DNA of 64,000 nt. It comes from Lama guanicoe (lineage: Eukaryota). Both the position numbers and the translations under genes were made by a program. Position 1 is the first letter of the stretch; every line of letters begins with the position of its first letter. The notes under the pieces were generated by a model that did not search any database, was not told the DNA's origin, and saw nothing but the letters and a program-made list of their open reading frames with translations. Shown here piece by piece: positions 14,631 to 28,843 of this stretch. Location of the stretch: contig MU053588.1 of the NCBI GenBank assembly GCA_013239625.1, positions 335,988 to 399,987 of the forward strand. The letters are read 5' to 3'.

Positions 14631-17139
14631 GCTATCTCTGTCCAAAACTTTTAAACAGCTTCCAAATTAAACTTCTAGAATAAAATCCAAATGCTTTCCA
14701 TGACTTTGAGAAAGCCCTCCATGGTCCCTACTTACGTATCTGATTTCCCCATGAGCCTCCTCAGCTTTGCTCACTAGTTGCCAAACATATGAGATTCCTT
14801 TTAGCTCTAACAATCACAAAGCCAATTTCAATTTAAAACTATCTAGATTCTGTTTCATGTCTCTGAACTGCTCTGAATGAGACACTCCATATAAACCAAC
14901 TCTCATCGTAAGGTCTCAATTTAAATACCAGTTCCTGAATTTTAAACATCCACTTCTGGTAACAGAAGACTAGGTAACTTAAATCAACCTTTCTGATGAT
15001 GAGAGCAATTACACAAACTGGACAAAATGTAAAAGGCACCTAACTGAAGGCAGTGGAGAATTCATATTGGAATCAAGAATTGGTGAGCTAAAAGTTGAAA
15101 AATATGAAAACTCAGAGAAATAAGTCGAAACATTTCAGGTTACTTTTCCATTTGGGGAGGTCTCACAATTCTAGAAAACGCAACTAACATGTGGAGAAAC
15201 TAAAAAGTGTTTTGGACCATTTCATAGGGCTTAGGTGGCAATAACTGGAGAACAGGATGCACCATAAATTCTCCATTCTTTGGGTTGGGAGCCCTGAGGG
15301 CTGCAATGAGAAATAAGGGAGAAACAGTACACTAGTCTGGCAGGATCTGAACCCTGAATTACCTTAAACCCAGAAATCTGGATTAAGGCAACTCAACATT
15401 GCCTGCCATAAGTAAACCTAGATCTTCACTGAAGATTTGTAACATCACTCAAGGCTTCAAATTACTTTTCTAATTTTTCTTTACAGTGTCTAACACTCAA
15501 TAAAAAATTAACCAGGTGAATGAAGATTCAAGAGAACAACCTGAAAAACAGGAGAAAAAAGACAAAAGAAACAGACCAACAAGGAGTCTAGTCAGGTATC
15601 CACCACCCCAGTAATGATAAAAAACAGTTCTATCATTCCTAAAAACTCTTGTGTTGGCCCTTTGCAGTAGACCTCTCTTCACCCTAGGGGTAGATGCTTG
15701 GAATCCATTGATCTGTGGGTTCCCCACCACCTCCTTACAGATGGAAATAAAAAATAGAAGTGAAAAAAGTGATCATATATACCTCTCCAATTGCCAGGCC
15801 TCTTGCACACCGCTTCGTAGGTACTAACCGTGGCCATCTTCTTTAGTTCTCCCTATCCTTTCCAACTATGGTATCAAGTTGCTTTTGTTTACTTGTTTTT
15901 ACTTCACAGTTTCTGTTTTGTTTCTTTATGCCCTCTCATGTCTTTTCTTATTTACTCTTCTATCCAAGGCCAATTCTATTGGTTCATCCCAGAAGAATAT
16001 CTTTTATCATTTCTCAGGAACTGATACAGGTCAAAGACATAATGAAAGGCTTCTGTAATCTTACATAATGTTGGGGACATTGGAGAGAAAAAAAAGCAAT
16101 TATTCAATATAAGGGAAAGAGTCTGGAGTGATAAAATTCCGGGTATTCTATTTTAAAAAAAAATAGGTTTTATGGAACTAAAGATCAAGGAAAAAAACAC
16201 AAAGAATTCTCATACACTACATAATGGAATGAAAACAGCACAACAATGATGAAAAAGAGTTTGGTTGTTTCTTATAAAGGTAAACATACACTTAGCATAT
16301 GATCCAGCAGTCATAATTGTAGCTATTTACACTTATATGCAGACAAATACCTGTACACCAAAAATTATAGCAGCTTTATTCATAATTGCCAAACAAATTA
16401 GAAACCCACAAAAGGTGGGTCCCTCAAAAGGTGAATGAATCAACAAATTTTGGTATTCCCTTACAATGGAACAATACTCACAAATAAATAGAAACAAACT
16501 ACTGATTTATGCAATGATATATATAAATCTGCCATATATTTTACTAAGTATAAAAAGCCAGACCCCAAAGGCTACAAATTTTGATTCCATTTGTATAATA
16601 TTACAGAAAAGGCAAAACTGTAAGAACTGAAAACTGGTCTTCATAGGCTGGAGAGGTGGAAGGAGTTGACAACAAAGGGTCAGCATGAGGGAATTTGAGG
16701 GTGTAACAGAACTTGTACATTATGACTGTAACAGTGGATATACTTGATATATAATGGTATATCAGATTTCCTGAAGAACACCAAAATGTTGGATAAAACA
16801 TGACAACCCATCTTCTAAAAGTATGCCAAGCTTAAAAGAAAGTAAAGAAGTTCCACAGGGACCACAATGAAGTAAGAACCAGAAACTAGAGAGGTAAACA
16901 TGCTTTGTAGCCACAGCTACCCTCAGGACATTTGCTGTCCTCAACTGCCTGCAACTGAATCTTAATGCTCCAAAAAAAAAAAAAAATCCAAAAGACAAGG
17001 CCTTGGACCAACAGTAGTAGGTCAGGAATTAGAAATAAACCTCTTCATAAAATTAGGGCCATCCAAAGCCTACAGTTCAGAGGGAGGAAAAGAATCCTCT
17101 GAATTCAAAGGAAAATGACAAGGTAATCTTAGTCTTAGC

Positions 17140-18540
17140 AATTTTAAGAAATCTGACCTTTACTCTGAGATGAGGAGCCATTGGAAGGTTGTGAGAAGCA
17201 GTATAACACAATCTGACTTTGTTAAAAATGATCATTCTAGTTGTTTTGCTTAAATTTTAAAAATAACAAGAGATAGTGGGAAAATACAAAAGCTAGCTGA
17301 ACAGAAGGTAGGAGGTTATAGCAATAATCCACATGGCTCTGACCAGATGAGTGTGGAGGAAGGGGTGGAGAAAGTGAGATGTCATTGGATTCAGGATATA
17401 TTTTGAAGGTATAATGAAAAGGATCTGATGATGGACTGGACATGAAATATGAATGTGAGCTGTCCAAGAAAACTCTAAGTGTTTTGCCTGAACATCCAGA
17501 ACAATAAAAGTGCCATTTACTGATAACTTCTCATTGTAGTAGGAGCAAGTTTGGGAGAGAATATCAGGAATCTGGTTTTCAACTATTTGGTTCTGAACTT
17601 TATATGGTAAAGAAGATGTTAACTTTATATGGGATTCTGGGGAGATATACGGTTAGATTTATAAATTTGGGAGTTATCAACACATAGATGACATTTAAAG
17701 CTATGGGGTTTGATGAAATCATCCAGGGAGTCTTTGGATACAGAAGAGATGGGAAAGAGAAGGGAAGAAAAGATAAGGGAAGTTTGAGGATTGAGCCCTG
17801 AAGCACTTCAAAACTTAGAGGTCAGGTAGATGAGAAGGAACCAGCAAAAGAGACTAAGAAGGAGTAGCCAATGAGGAAGGAGAAAAACTAGGAGCGCGTG
17901 GAATCCCAGAAGCCAAGTGAAGAAAGTGTTTTAAGGATGAATAATCAATTGTGTCTCATGCTGAAAGAGAGGGAAATGGTGACTTCTCATTCAAGAAAGG
18001 CTTCAGCGATATGGAGGATACTAGTTACCTTCACAAGATAGTTCTGGTGGAATAGCAGGGCTACATTCTGATTGAAGCACATTTAAGACAGCATGGGAGA
18101 AGAGCTGGAGATAGGGAGTGCTGAAAATTCTTTCAAAAAGTTTTGTTGTAAGAAGTAGCAGAAAAATGGAGCTGCAGCAAGAGAAAAACAGGCATCTAGA
18201 AATTTGTTTCTGTTTTGTTTTTCCTTTTAAGATGGGAGAAATTACATGTTTGTGTGCTGATGGAGATTATAACAGATATGGACCAGCTGATGTTGTAGGA
18301 GACTAAGACAGCAATCGCTCCAACAATTTCCCTAAATAGACGAGAAGGAATAGCATTTAGTACTCAAGTGGAGGTACTGGCCTTAGAAAAAGGCACAGAA
18401 AGTTCATCAATGATAACAGGAAAAGAGGCAGAATCAGTACAGATGCAGGGAGGTTGACTGATGAGGCTGAAGCTTGCAGAAGTTAAATGAGTTTCCTCAG
18501 CAGCTCAAGGCAATCATCTTAGAGTCAGGCAAGAGGAATC
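17140..18540 (-). mobile_element. L2 LINE fragment
   Basis: Antisense L2 motifs ggagccattggaagg, ggattcaggatatattttgaagg, gaaggaaccagcaaaagagactaagaagg. Confidence 0.85.
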
Positions 18541-18655
18541 AGAACAGTCATGACCATTATGTAACTAACAACTTAGCTCTGAAGTAAACAAACAGCAATT
18601 GATAACCATGCAAAGAGACTGATAAATCCACAGTCATAGAAGAGGACTGTAACAT

Positions 18656-19100
18656 TGTGATATAATAAGAAATAGATATTTGGTCTTTGTCCTTGATCTC
18701 TGGCACAGAGCTCCTAAAACTCTTGGAATTTCCTGAGTGATAAGGGTAAAAGAAAAGGATAAGTCTTTAGTTATTCATAACATGTCTCTTTTAACCACAC
18801 AGGAGTTTCTGTAAATGAAGTGACTTTTGGAAAGCCATCAAGGATGGGAACCAACCACCTGACTAGAGCATTGGAAACTTCAGCACCACCCCCTACCACC
18901 TCTGAAAAAGGGAGAGAGGCTGGGGCTGAATTACTAATGGCCAATGAGTTAATCAATCATGCCTATGTAATGAAGCCTCCGTGAAAAACCATAACAGAAG
19001 GGGTTCAGAGAGCTTCTTGGTAGGTCAATATATTTAAGTGCTGAAAGGGTGGTGCACCTGGAGAAGGCATGGAAGTTCTGCAACTCCTCTCCATACCTTC
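18656..19100 (+). mobile_element. MER21-like LTR (partial), followed by another LTR fragment to ~19345
   Basis: tgtgatataataagaaatagatatttggtctttgtc...cacagagctcctaaaactcttggaatttcctgagtgataag. Confidence 0.7.
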
Positions 19101-19345
19101 CTATAGTGTAAGCCTTACAGTCGGCTTTGTATTTCCTATTTTGTAATGCAAGCGTGTGACATAAGCTTTGATTGCCAAGGCACTGACTTAAAGGTGCATT
19201 CACTGCAACAATGGCTAGATCCAAAAAACACATTGCCAGCCACATGACTAGATAAAGAGCCAGGCTGAGCCAGGCTGCCGCCCTACACTGAGGCTACTTT
19301 GTTTTAGAGATCTTGATTGATTTCAAAAACTGACCATTTGGGGTC

Positions 19346-21030
19346 ATACTGCCCAAGGCAATCTACAGATTTAATGCAATCCCTATGAAACTACCCAGGA
19401 CATAGTTCACAGAACTAGAACAAATCATAATAAAATTTATATGGAATCACAAAAGACCTAGAATTGCCAAAGCATTACTGAAGAAAAAGGAAGAGGCTAG
19501 AGGAATAACTCGCCCAGACTTCACACAATACTATAGAGCTACAGTACTCAAAACAGCATGGTATTGGTACAAAAACAGACATATGGACCAATGGAACAGA
19601 ATAGAGAGCCCAGAAATGAACCCACAAACTTCTGGTCAACTGGTCTTTGACAAAGGAGGCAAGGATACACAATGGAATAAAGACAGTCTCTTCAGCAAAT
19701 GGGTTGGGAAAACTGGACAGCAGCATGTAAATCAATGAAGCTAGAACACTCCCTTACACCATACACTAAAATAAACTCAAAATGGATCAAAGACTTGAAC
19801 ATAAGACAAGATATAATAAACCTCCTAGAAGAAAAGATAGGCAAACCATTATCTCACATACATCTCAAACTGTTCTCCTAGGGCAGTCTACCCAAACAAT
19901 AGAAATAAAAGCAAGAATAAACAAATGGGACCTAATGAAACTTACAAGCTTCTGCACAGCAAAGGAAACCGTAAGTAAAACAAAACGACAACCTATGGAA
20001 TGGGAGAAAATTTTTGCAAATGAAACTGACAAAGGCTTGATCTCCAGAATATATAAGCAGCTCCTATGACTTAATAAGAAAAAAATAAACAACCCCATCC
20101 AAAAATGGGCAGAAGACCTAAACAAGCAATTCTCCAAGGAAGAAATTCAAATGATCAATAGGCACAGGAAAAAAATGCTCATTATCATTAATAATCAGAG
20201 AAATGCAAATCAAAACTACAATGAGGTATCACCTCACACCAGTCAGAATGGCCATCATTCAAAAGTCCACAAATGACAAATGCTGGAGAGGCTGTGGAGA
20301 AAAGGGAACCCTCCTTCACTGCTGGTGGGAATGCAGTTTGGTGCAGCCACAGTGGAAAACAGTATGGAGATTCCTCAAAAGACTAGGAATAGACTTACCA
20401 TATGACCCAGCCATCCCGCTCCTACTTCAAAAAGACACCTGCACCCCAATGTTCACAGCAGCACTATTTACAATAGCCAAGACATGGAAGCAGCCTGAAT
20501 GTCCAGCAACAGATGACTGGATAAAGAAGAGGTGGTATATTTATACATTGGAATACTATTCAGCCATAAAAACTGACAGCATAACACCATTTGCAGCAAC
20601 ATGGGTGTCCCCGGGGAATGTCATTCTAAGTGAAGTAAGCCAGAAAGAGAAAGAAGAATACCATATGAGATCGCTCATATGTGGAATCTGAAAAAACAAA
20701 CAAACAAACAAAACACAAAGAACATAAATACAAAACAGAACAGACCCACAGAAATAGAATACAAACTTGTGGTTGCCAAGGGATGGGTGGTGGGAAGGGA
20801 TAGACTGGGAGTTCAAAATTTGTAGATACTGACAGGCATACACAGAATAGATAAACAAGATTATATGGTATAGCACAGGGAAATATATACAAGATCTTGT
20901 GGTAGCTCACAGCGAAAAAAAGTGACAATGAATATATGTATGTTCATGTATAACTGAAAAATTGTGCTCTACACTGGAATTTGACACAACATTGTAAAAT
21001 GACTGTAACTCAATAAAAAAATGTTAAAAA
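19346..21030 (+). mobile_element. Young lineage-specific 5'-truncated L1 (ORF2 C-terminus + 3' UTR)
   Basis: ORF2 peptides ([19 protein letters not shown]...HCWWEC); highly similar to the copies at 23767-24423 and 58603-60790; AATAAA + A tail at ~21012-21030. Confidence 0.95.
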
Positions 21031-21439
21031 AATTTGGACAACTTGTTTTTTACTCCCAAAATATTTAAACTCTCCAGTAATCACAGATATATGTTATTCC
21101 ATTTTAAAAAATGGTACAAATAGAAAAGGAAGCAATCATACATGATATGATATATGGAGAGCAAAATTATCTTCCTAGAAATCCAACATTAACCATTGAA
21201 AAACAGATATTTCTATAGGTTTTCAACATTTTGCTATACCTATGTATGTGTATATTATGAGTTTTGTCATAGAACAAAATAGTCCTATTTAAAATCAACA
21301 AAATTTATAACGTATTGAGAAAATTCCTTAACAAGAAATAGTCAAGACTTTTAAAAAATGAAACTTTACAAAAGGACATAGAAAGAAAAGTGTCTATAGC
21401 ACTTTCAAAGATAGAAGGATTTGATATTGCAAATACGTG

Positions 21440-22620
21440 AATGGTATATCAGATTTCCCCAAAACACCATGAAATGCTAGATAATATGTGACAAACAAGT
21501 ATGCCATGTTTAAAAGAAAGTAAACGAGATCCAAAGGAGGCAAAATGAAGAGATAACTAGAAACTAGAGGCCAACGTGCTCTGAAGTCATAGCTACCCTC
21601 AGGACATTTGTTGACTTCAATTGCCTAAAAGTTTGTATCTTAATGGTATGAAAAGAACCCATAAGACAGAAAGCATTGGGTCCACTAAAGGTCAAGGACG
21701 AGTACTGAACCTCTTCACAAAATCAGAACTGTCTAAGGCCTACAGTGCAGAAAAAGGAAAAAAAATCCATCTGACCTCAAAGGAACATGACAAGGACAAT
21801 TTCTGTCTTGCCCAAGACTCTCAATGGAAAGGAGAAAAAGTGTTGTGGATAAATCATCATTTTATAAGAGTTTCCATGCTTGCAAGAAACTGCAGAATTA
21901 GACTGGTTCCTCAGGAACTGGAATTGTTGAATGATACATGTAATACAAATGCTTGAAATACATGAAAATATAAAATATAAAGTCAAAACCATGAGGAAGA
22001 GAATACACAGAAGAAAAGTAAGATCTAGGGAAGAGGAAAAATACCAAAGTTCTAGAAATAAAACAATATAATCAATTATATTAAAATCTTAAGGAAAAAA
22101 TCTTAAAACAGCCAGAAAGAAAGTACAGATTACTTACAAAAGGAACAACAATGAGACAGATGGCAGACTTCTCAAGAGCAACAATAGAAGCCAGAAGCCA
22201 GTGGAATAATATCTTCAGGGTGCTGAGAAAAAAATAATTGTCAGTATAGAATTCGACACCCAGTTAAATCATCAGGCAAGAATTAATGTGAAACAAGGTT
22301 ATTTTGCAACAATAACAACAACAAACCAGAGAGCATTTAGTAACAAAAGGCCACAGCTAATGAATTTTATGATAAATAAAATGATCCCCATAGGAAGGTA
22401 TGATGGAAGAGGAATAGTGTGCAAATAAAAGGATAATTATGTGAATAAATCCATAAGAAAACATTGTCACTATAAAACAAAAATAATGTCCATCTGGGGG
22501 GTTAAAAGAAAACAGAACTAAAATACCAGCCAACAATAACAGACAGGGAAGATTAATTAAACATAAAGCATTCTAAGATCCTGGGTCAGGGGAGACATTA
22601 ACTATAGCCTTTCTTAAGTA
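21440..22620 (+). mobile_element. Old L1/HAL1-like 5'/ORF1 region
   Basis: aaaatcttaaaacagccagaaag...gcagacttctcaagagcaacaatagaagccagaagccagtggaataatatcttc is ORF1-like. Confidence 0.7.
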
Positions 22621-23460
22621 TGTATTTGATAAGTGACAAAAACAACGATAATGATTAAATGACCAAAACAGGCAGAAATACTCCCAAAATATTTAAACTC
22701 ACCAGGTATGTTATTCCATTTTTAAATCTACAAATTAACAGATATTTTTAAGTGATGATATGTAGTGCTGGTAAAGTGTAGAAAAAGTCATACACTGCTG
22801 GTACACTCCTGATAAGAATTTTGTGAAAATAAAATATGTATTTGACATAGAGATGTCAATATCAATATCAACGTATCAATATCACATCTCCCTACAGAAT
22901 CTCAACTCACTACCACAACAGCCACCAATTTGTTTCAAGGTAGACACAATCCTTTACACCTGTATTTTTCCAACTTGTTGGCCTTGAAACCCTAGGATTG
23001 AGAGTGGGACATAAAGTTTATTGCAAACCTCTGCAAAGCAGTATGCAAACTAAATATTGTATGTGGATTGAGTAACTATGTTTTATTATTAATTAAAACA
23101 TTTAATATCTAGTAAAATATTTTAATTTCCATTAAAAATGTGTATTTTTCAAACATCATTACAATGAACAAAAACTACAAAACTGCATTTGCATTAAAAG
23201 GAGTGAAGTGCATGTGCTAAAAAATTGAAGAAAACCATTAAAAGCTATAAATAGTGTATGTCTTCTGAAACAAACAAGGGAGAGAATGGAGTTAAAAAAA
23301 CAACACACACAAAACCATATCCATCTTCATCAAGGAAAGAAATTTAAAAAGGAAGCACAGAAGAAGATCAAAAAGCATACAATAGGGGAGAAATAAATCC
23401 AAGCGTATCAGTAATAACAATTAAATTTAAAAAATAAATTTTCAGATAATTACCATATTG

Positions 23461-23640
23461 CAGTGGTTACCAAACATGTCTGAACATTCGAACAACCTAA
23501 GGAACTTCACAAAATAATGTTATTTGTGCCCCATGCCCAGAGACTGTGATTTAATTGGTCTGGGGTGTGACTTGGGATCTGAAATTTTTAAAAGGACCCC
23601 TGCTATTTTCCAAAGTGCATACAAGTTTGGAAATAATTTC
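23461..23640. mobile_element. MER5A-like DNA transposon
   Basis: cagtggttaccaaac...gatttaattggtctggggtgtg...tttggaaa. Confidence 0.7.
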
Positions 23641-23766
23641 TATGTATCTCTCCAAAGTCGTTATGCCAATTGATACTGCATCAGTAAGGTACAGAACACT
23701 TAAAAAACAGATCTAATCACATATAATCATACTTACAGTTCATTCATTTAAAAAGTATGTACAATT

Positions 23767-24423
23767 TGATAGACTTACCATATGACCCAGTAATCCGCTC
23801 CTGGGCATATATCCAGAAGGAACCCTACTTCAAAAAGACACCTGCACCCCAATGTTCACAGCAGCACTATTTACAATAGCCAACACATGGAAGCAGCCTA
23901 AATGTCCAGCAACAGATGACTGGATAAAGAAGAGGTGGTATATTTATACAACGGAATACTACCAGCCATAAAAAATGACAACATAATGCCATTTGCAGCA
24001 ACATGGATGTCCCTGGAGAATGTCATTCTAAGTGAAGTAAGCCAGAAAGAGAAAGAAAAATACCATATGAGATCGCTCATATGTGGAATCTTTAAAAAAA
24101 AAAACAAACCAAAGAACATAAACACAAAATAGAAACACTCATAGACATAGAATACAAACTTGTGGTTGCCAAGGGGAAGGGTGGTGGGAAGGGGCAGACT
24201 GGGAGTTCAAAATTTGTAGATACAGACAGGTATATGTAGAATAGATAAGATTATACTGTATAGCACAGGGAAATATATACAAGATCTTGTGGTAGCTCAC
24301 AGCGAAAAAAAAAGTAAAAATGAATATATGTATATTCATATGTGCTCTGAAAAATTGTGCTTTACACTGGAATCTGACACAACGTTGTAAAATGACTATA
24401 ACTCTATAAAAAAAGTTTAAGAA
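23767..24423 (+). mobile_element. Young L1 3' end nested in an older antisense L1 (host about 23700-25250)
   Basis: TSD aaaagtatgtacaatt (23751-23766) / aaaagtacgtacaatt (24424-24439). Confidence 0.95.
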
Positions 24424-25689
24424 AAAAGTACGTACAATTCAACAGTATTTAGTATATTCATAGACTTGTCACCACAATCAGTCACCAGAATCTAATTTTA
24501 TAATATTTTTATCATCTCAAAAAGAAACCCCATACCTATCAGCAGTCATTTTCAATTTCCCCATTTTCACTTTCCAATCCACCCCTACTCCAGTGCTGGG
24601 TAACCACTAATCTATTTCCTGTATCTACAGATTTATCTATTTGTGGACCTTTCATAAAAAGGGAATCATATACTATGTAATCTTTGTGTCCAGCTTCTTT
24701 CATTTAGCATGTTTTCCAGTTTCATCCATATTGCAGGATGTATCAGAACTTCATTTTTTATTGCTGACTAATATTCCAATGTAAGGCTATATCAATTTTA
24801 TTCAATTATTCATCAGTTGATAGACATGTGAGTTATTTCCACTTTTTCGCTATTGTGAGTAATGAAGTATACAGCACTTCTGCCTCCAAAAGTTGTGAAC
24901 ACTTGGTACTGTCAAACTTCTTAATTTTTGCCAGTCTAGGGTGTGTGAAATAATTATTTCACTGTGGTTTTAATTTGCATTTCCTGATTGCTAATGAGGT
25001 TGAACATTTTTTGTTTATTGGCTGAGTTTCCTCTTCCTTAAACTGCCTGTAAATGTCTTTTACATAATTTTTCAGAAAGTTTATCTTTTTTCTTATCTAT
25101 CCATAGAAGCTTTTTATATTCTAGATTAATTTAATTATTGTCATTATGAATTGCAAATATCTTCACCGATTCATGGCTTCTCTTTTACTTTCTGTATAAT
25201 GTCTTTTTATAAAAAGAATAATTTTCATGCAAATTTATCAATCTTTGAATGATTATTTTTAAAAATAGCTAAACAGAACCTTTAGAAATGTTCAATTAAG
25301 TTCTCTTTCAAATCTATTCCTTTATGAAAATATTTTATTGCTTGTCATTTTTGTGATTTGGTTTACTTCTTTAAATATTTCACCAATAGTTTATATTTAC
25401 ATCTAAAAATTCCAATATATGAAATCTTTTGCCATATAATCTGTTGTTTTCTTAGATTGTCTTTCACTCACCTGTGACCTGTTTTCTTGTGGGTATGAAG
25501 ATCTTTGTGAATTCACCTTCTGTTGATCTTAATTTGTGAGAATTCTAAAGCCCTCTTACTTTCCTCCAGAGAGAGTTTTCATTTGCTTCGGCCAGGAGTC
25601 AGAGGGCACCACCTTAGAGAATAAAATTTCAACTCCTTTTCTTCTATTCTTTAACTATCTTTATTTCTTAATACTCTATCATTCATTTT

Positions 25690-26175
25690 TCTTCAGATAA
25701 AATGTTTTTTGGTCCTCCTACAAAGTTAATGCCCATCCCTTTACACTTACAACTCTGTCTGCCCGGAATATTGTTCTCCAGATATTGCCCTGACTCGTAC
25801 TCTTACTTCACTCAAGTCTTTGTTCAAATATTACTTTCTTAGAGAGGTTTTTTCCTCCCAAATCTACCTATCTAAAATAACCCACCCTTGCTCCCCATTT
25901 AATATTTCATTTGCCTAGTCTACTTTACCTTTATTCATACTGTTTATTGCTACCTGTAATTGTTATATTTATTAAATAAACATATAGTATGTATATATGC
26001 ACACACATACACACATATTTTTGTTTCCTTATTTATTTTGTATTTTCTCCCACAAGAATGTAAGTTTCAGCAGAATAGGAAACTTATCTAGACCATTACA
26101 TCTCCAATGCCTACCACAATCCTTAGCACAGAATTGGGCCCTCAGTAAATAAATATATTTTGAATGAATGAATAC
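25690..26175 (+). mobile_element. L2 3' end
   Basis: agaatgtaagtttc...aataaatatattttgaatgaatgaat terminal repeat. Confidence 0.8.
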
Positions 26176-27161
26176 ACTTTAAAGAAGGGAGACAATGATG
26201 TAAGTCTAAATACAAAAAAAAAAATCTGGAAAGGAACTGACAAGTTTACATAAAGGGGTTGTTATGGGGGAAAATGAAGCACTCCTTCCTCCTTTGAAAG
26301 TGGGAAGGATTATCATAAAAGACCAAAAGGGAGACAAGGTAGAGACTAGGTAGGATTCCTTTGGGAGACTGCTGAAAACCCCTGCTTTGCTTCTCAAGTC
26401 AGAGTCCTTTCTCCCACATGACTTGGGCTCTGCAAGTGAGTGTACCAACTAGTAAACTCATACGGCCTTCAGAGAAAAGAGGAGTGAAGGGCCAAGAGAC
26501 AACTATATTCCAGTGACTTGAAGAGTCCAAAGAATAAAGAGATCGTTAGGTGGGAAAATTATTTATTAAGTTTTTAACTGATATAGGCTCTGTCCCTTAT
26601 TTTGCTACAGAAAAAAACAATAAAATTTCGACAATCACAGGTTCTTCCTGAGCTTTCTTCCAATAAAAGGTGTTTCTAGTATATCATTCAGGGTAAAATA
26701 TGAAGTTCTTAAAACATACTATTCAGTTACAAAACACAAATAAGAGAATGTGTTTTTTGTAATGAATCGTGTTCACTTGAACTGTTAGTGAAGTGCACTG
26801 CTCCACCCTATCACTATATAAATGATATAAGCTTTTCTGTAGTCAGAAGAACCATTCATTTCTGCATCTATTAAAAAATATTTAGAGCTACTTTGGCAGA
26901 TCTAAATTGTAACAATACAGCATAGCCTGTTTTTTCTGGCAATATAGCCAAGTGTCCCAGAATTCAATTCTTTCCCCTTGATCATCAAGGAAGATGGAAA
27001 GGAAGACAGAAGGAAGATAGGTAAATTATATCTGAAGGATGGAGAAGATAAATGTGCCCTATGAAACTATCTATGTCCACTTCCAGTAATTTAAAACTAT
27101 TATTTTGAGAATAAGAAGAAGAAATTTAATTACTTAAAAACATTCTTGAAATAACATTTCA

Positions 27162-27428
<267 letters not shown>

Positions 27429-28578
27429 TCAGAAGCCTCTCACACGATGAGACACTAAAGAAACTGGTGCTTCTGAAGTTTCTTTCTATGCTTGTTGCTG
27501 TAGATATTTCCTGCATATAGAATATCTCATTATACACATAAGGCGAGGAATTAATGAAGTAAATATAATGTCCCAATTAAAAGAAAGAGGATACACAAGT
27601 ACCCTGTATAATGTGTATCTCATATATCATACATTCCCAATAAACGCAAGTTTCTTTCTTATCTTTAAGAAGGGGTAAAGTTGGGTAAATTTTCCTGTAA
27701 AATCTCTATAAAATTTGTATAAAATTAAAGAATTTATTGAAACCTCATGTTGGTCATTATATCAGAATATACATCATCGGCATTTTCCTTGCTACCAATA
27801 ATTTAGTAAATATTTTTAATACACTGTAGAATAGCTCCACATAATGAATATATTTGACTTAACAAGTTTGCATAATTGAACATTTTAGAATAGGATAATT
27901 TCATAAGCATTTCTTACTTTGGGGATTTTATAATTCTCAACAGCTTTTCTATGTGAATGATGATCTTTCTTGTTACTATTCACTACTTAAAAATGTACCT
28001 TTTCCTTATTCTAAGCAATAGAAAGGTGAAAAGATAATCCAAACTTACATATTCAGGATTAGTACAAAATGTTGAATCTCAAAATGATCCATGTTATTGG
28101 TATTTGTCAATTACGGATTCCCAGGAAAGATCCCTGACTGACCTCTCTGTATTCAATCCTTAATCATGTTCCTAATCTTGAAAGCTTACAAAGCATGAGC
28201 TCTTGCCACTTGCGGACACTAAGCCCACTCAAGACCAACTCCTTCTTGTCTAACCAGAAAACTTAGGTTTAAAGAGAAGTTCAAGGTTTTCTCACGTGTG
28301 GTGTCATGTAACACTCTATAAAATCAAGGAATCTGCTCTTGTATCAGTGCTCCCAGTCAAAGATGCTCATTGAATTTTTGCATACGTACATGAATATAGG
28401 TTAGATTAGAAAGACATACTTAGGGAAGACATCACTTATAAGAATGGAACAAACTAGGAAGCACATTCCTGAGTGGGGTCAGTTAGGAAGGAAGTTTCAG
28501 GAATAAGGGATGCAAACATGCACATAGCCTGTAAAAAAAGTGACTATTTAAAGACAGCAGGAGGAAATACTGATTTAC

Positions 28579-28587
28579 CTGAGCCAT
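28579..28587 (-). CDS. ZNF420: ZNF420 start-codon exon, coding part (MAQ); exon probably starts at 28635 or 28598
   Basis: Minus strand ctctaaaaaccATGGCTCAG|gtaaat: strong Kozak context, phase-0 donor compatible with the KRAB-A exon; gives the 688-aa protein. Confidence 0.85.
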
Positions 28588-28843
28588 GGTTTTTAGAGCT
28601 GCAAGAAATGATCGATCATCTTCTGGATTTCTATCCTAGAGAAGCACAGTGTATGGAAAAGGCAGGGCTGGGGAGAAGAAAACAGAACCATGAGACCATG
28701 CTCTTTGCAAAGCTCCAAATGAGTAAGTTAGAATTATCTTTGTTGTTCTCTTCCTGTCTCTTGCTCCCATTCCCAAAAAACATACTAAGCAGGGGAGATA
28801 CAGGAGGTGGTTTTTACTCTGGTCAAAAGCAATGCTCTTTCTT

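Noticed and set aside
19475..20928. Cluster of 60-160 aa ORFs on both strands
   Set aside because: Fragments of a truncated, frameshifted L1 ORF2 and its antisense; not host genes
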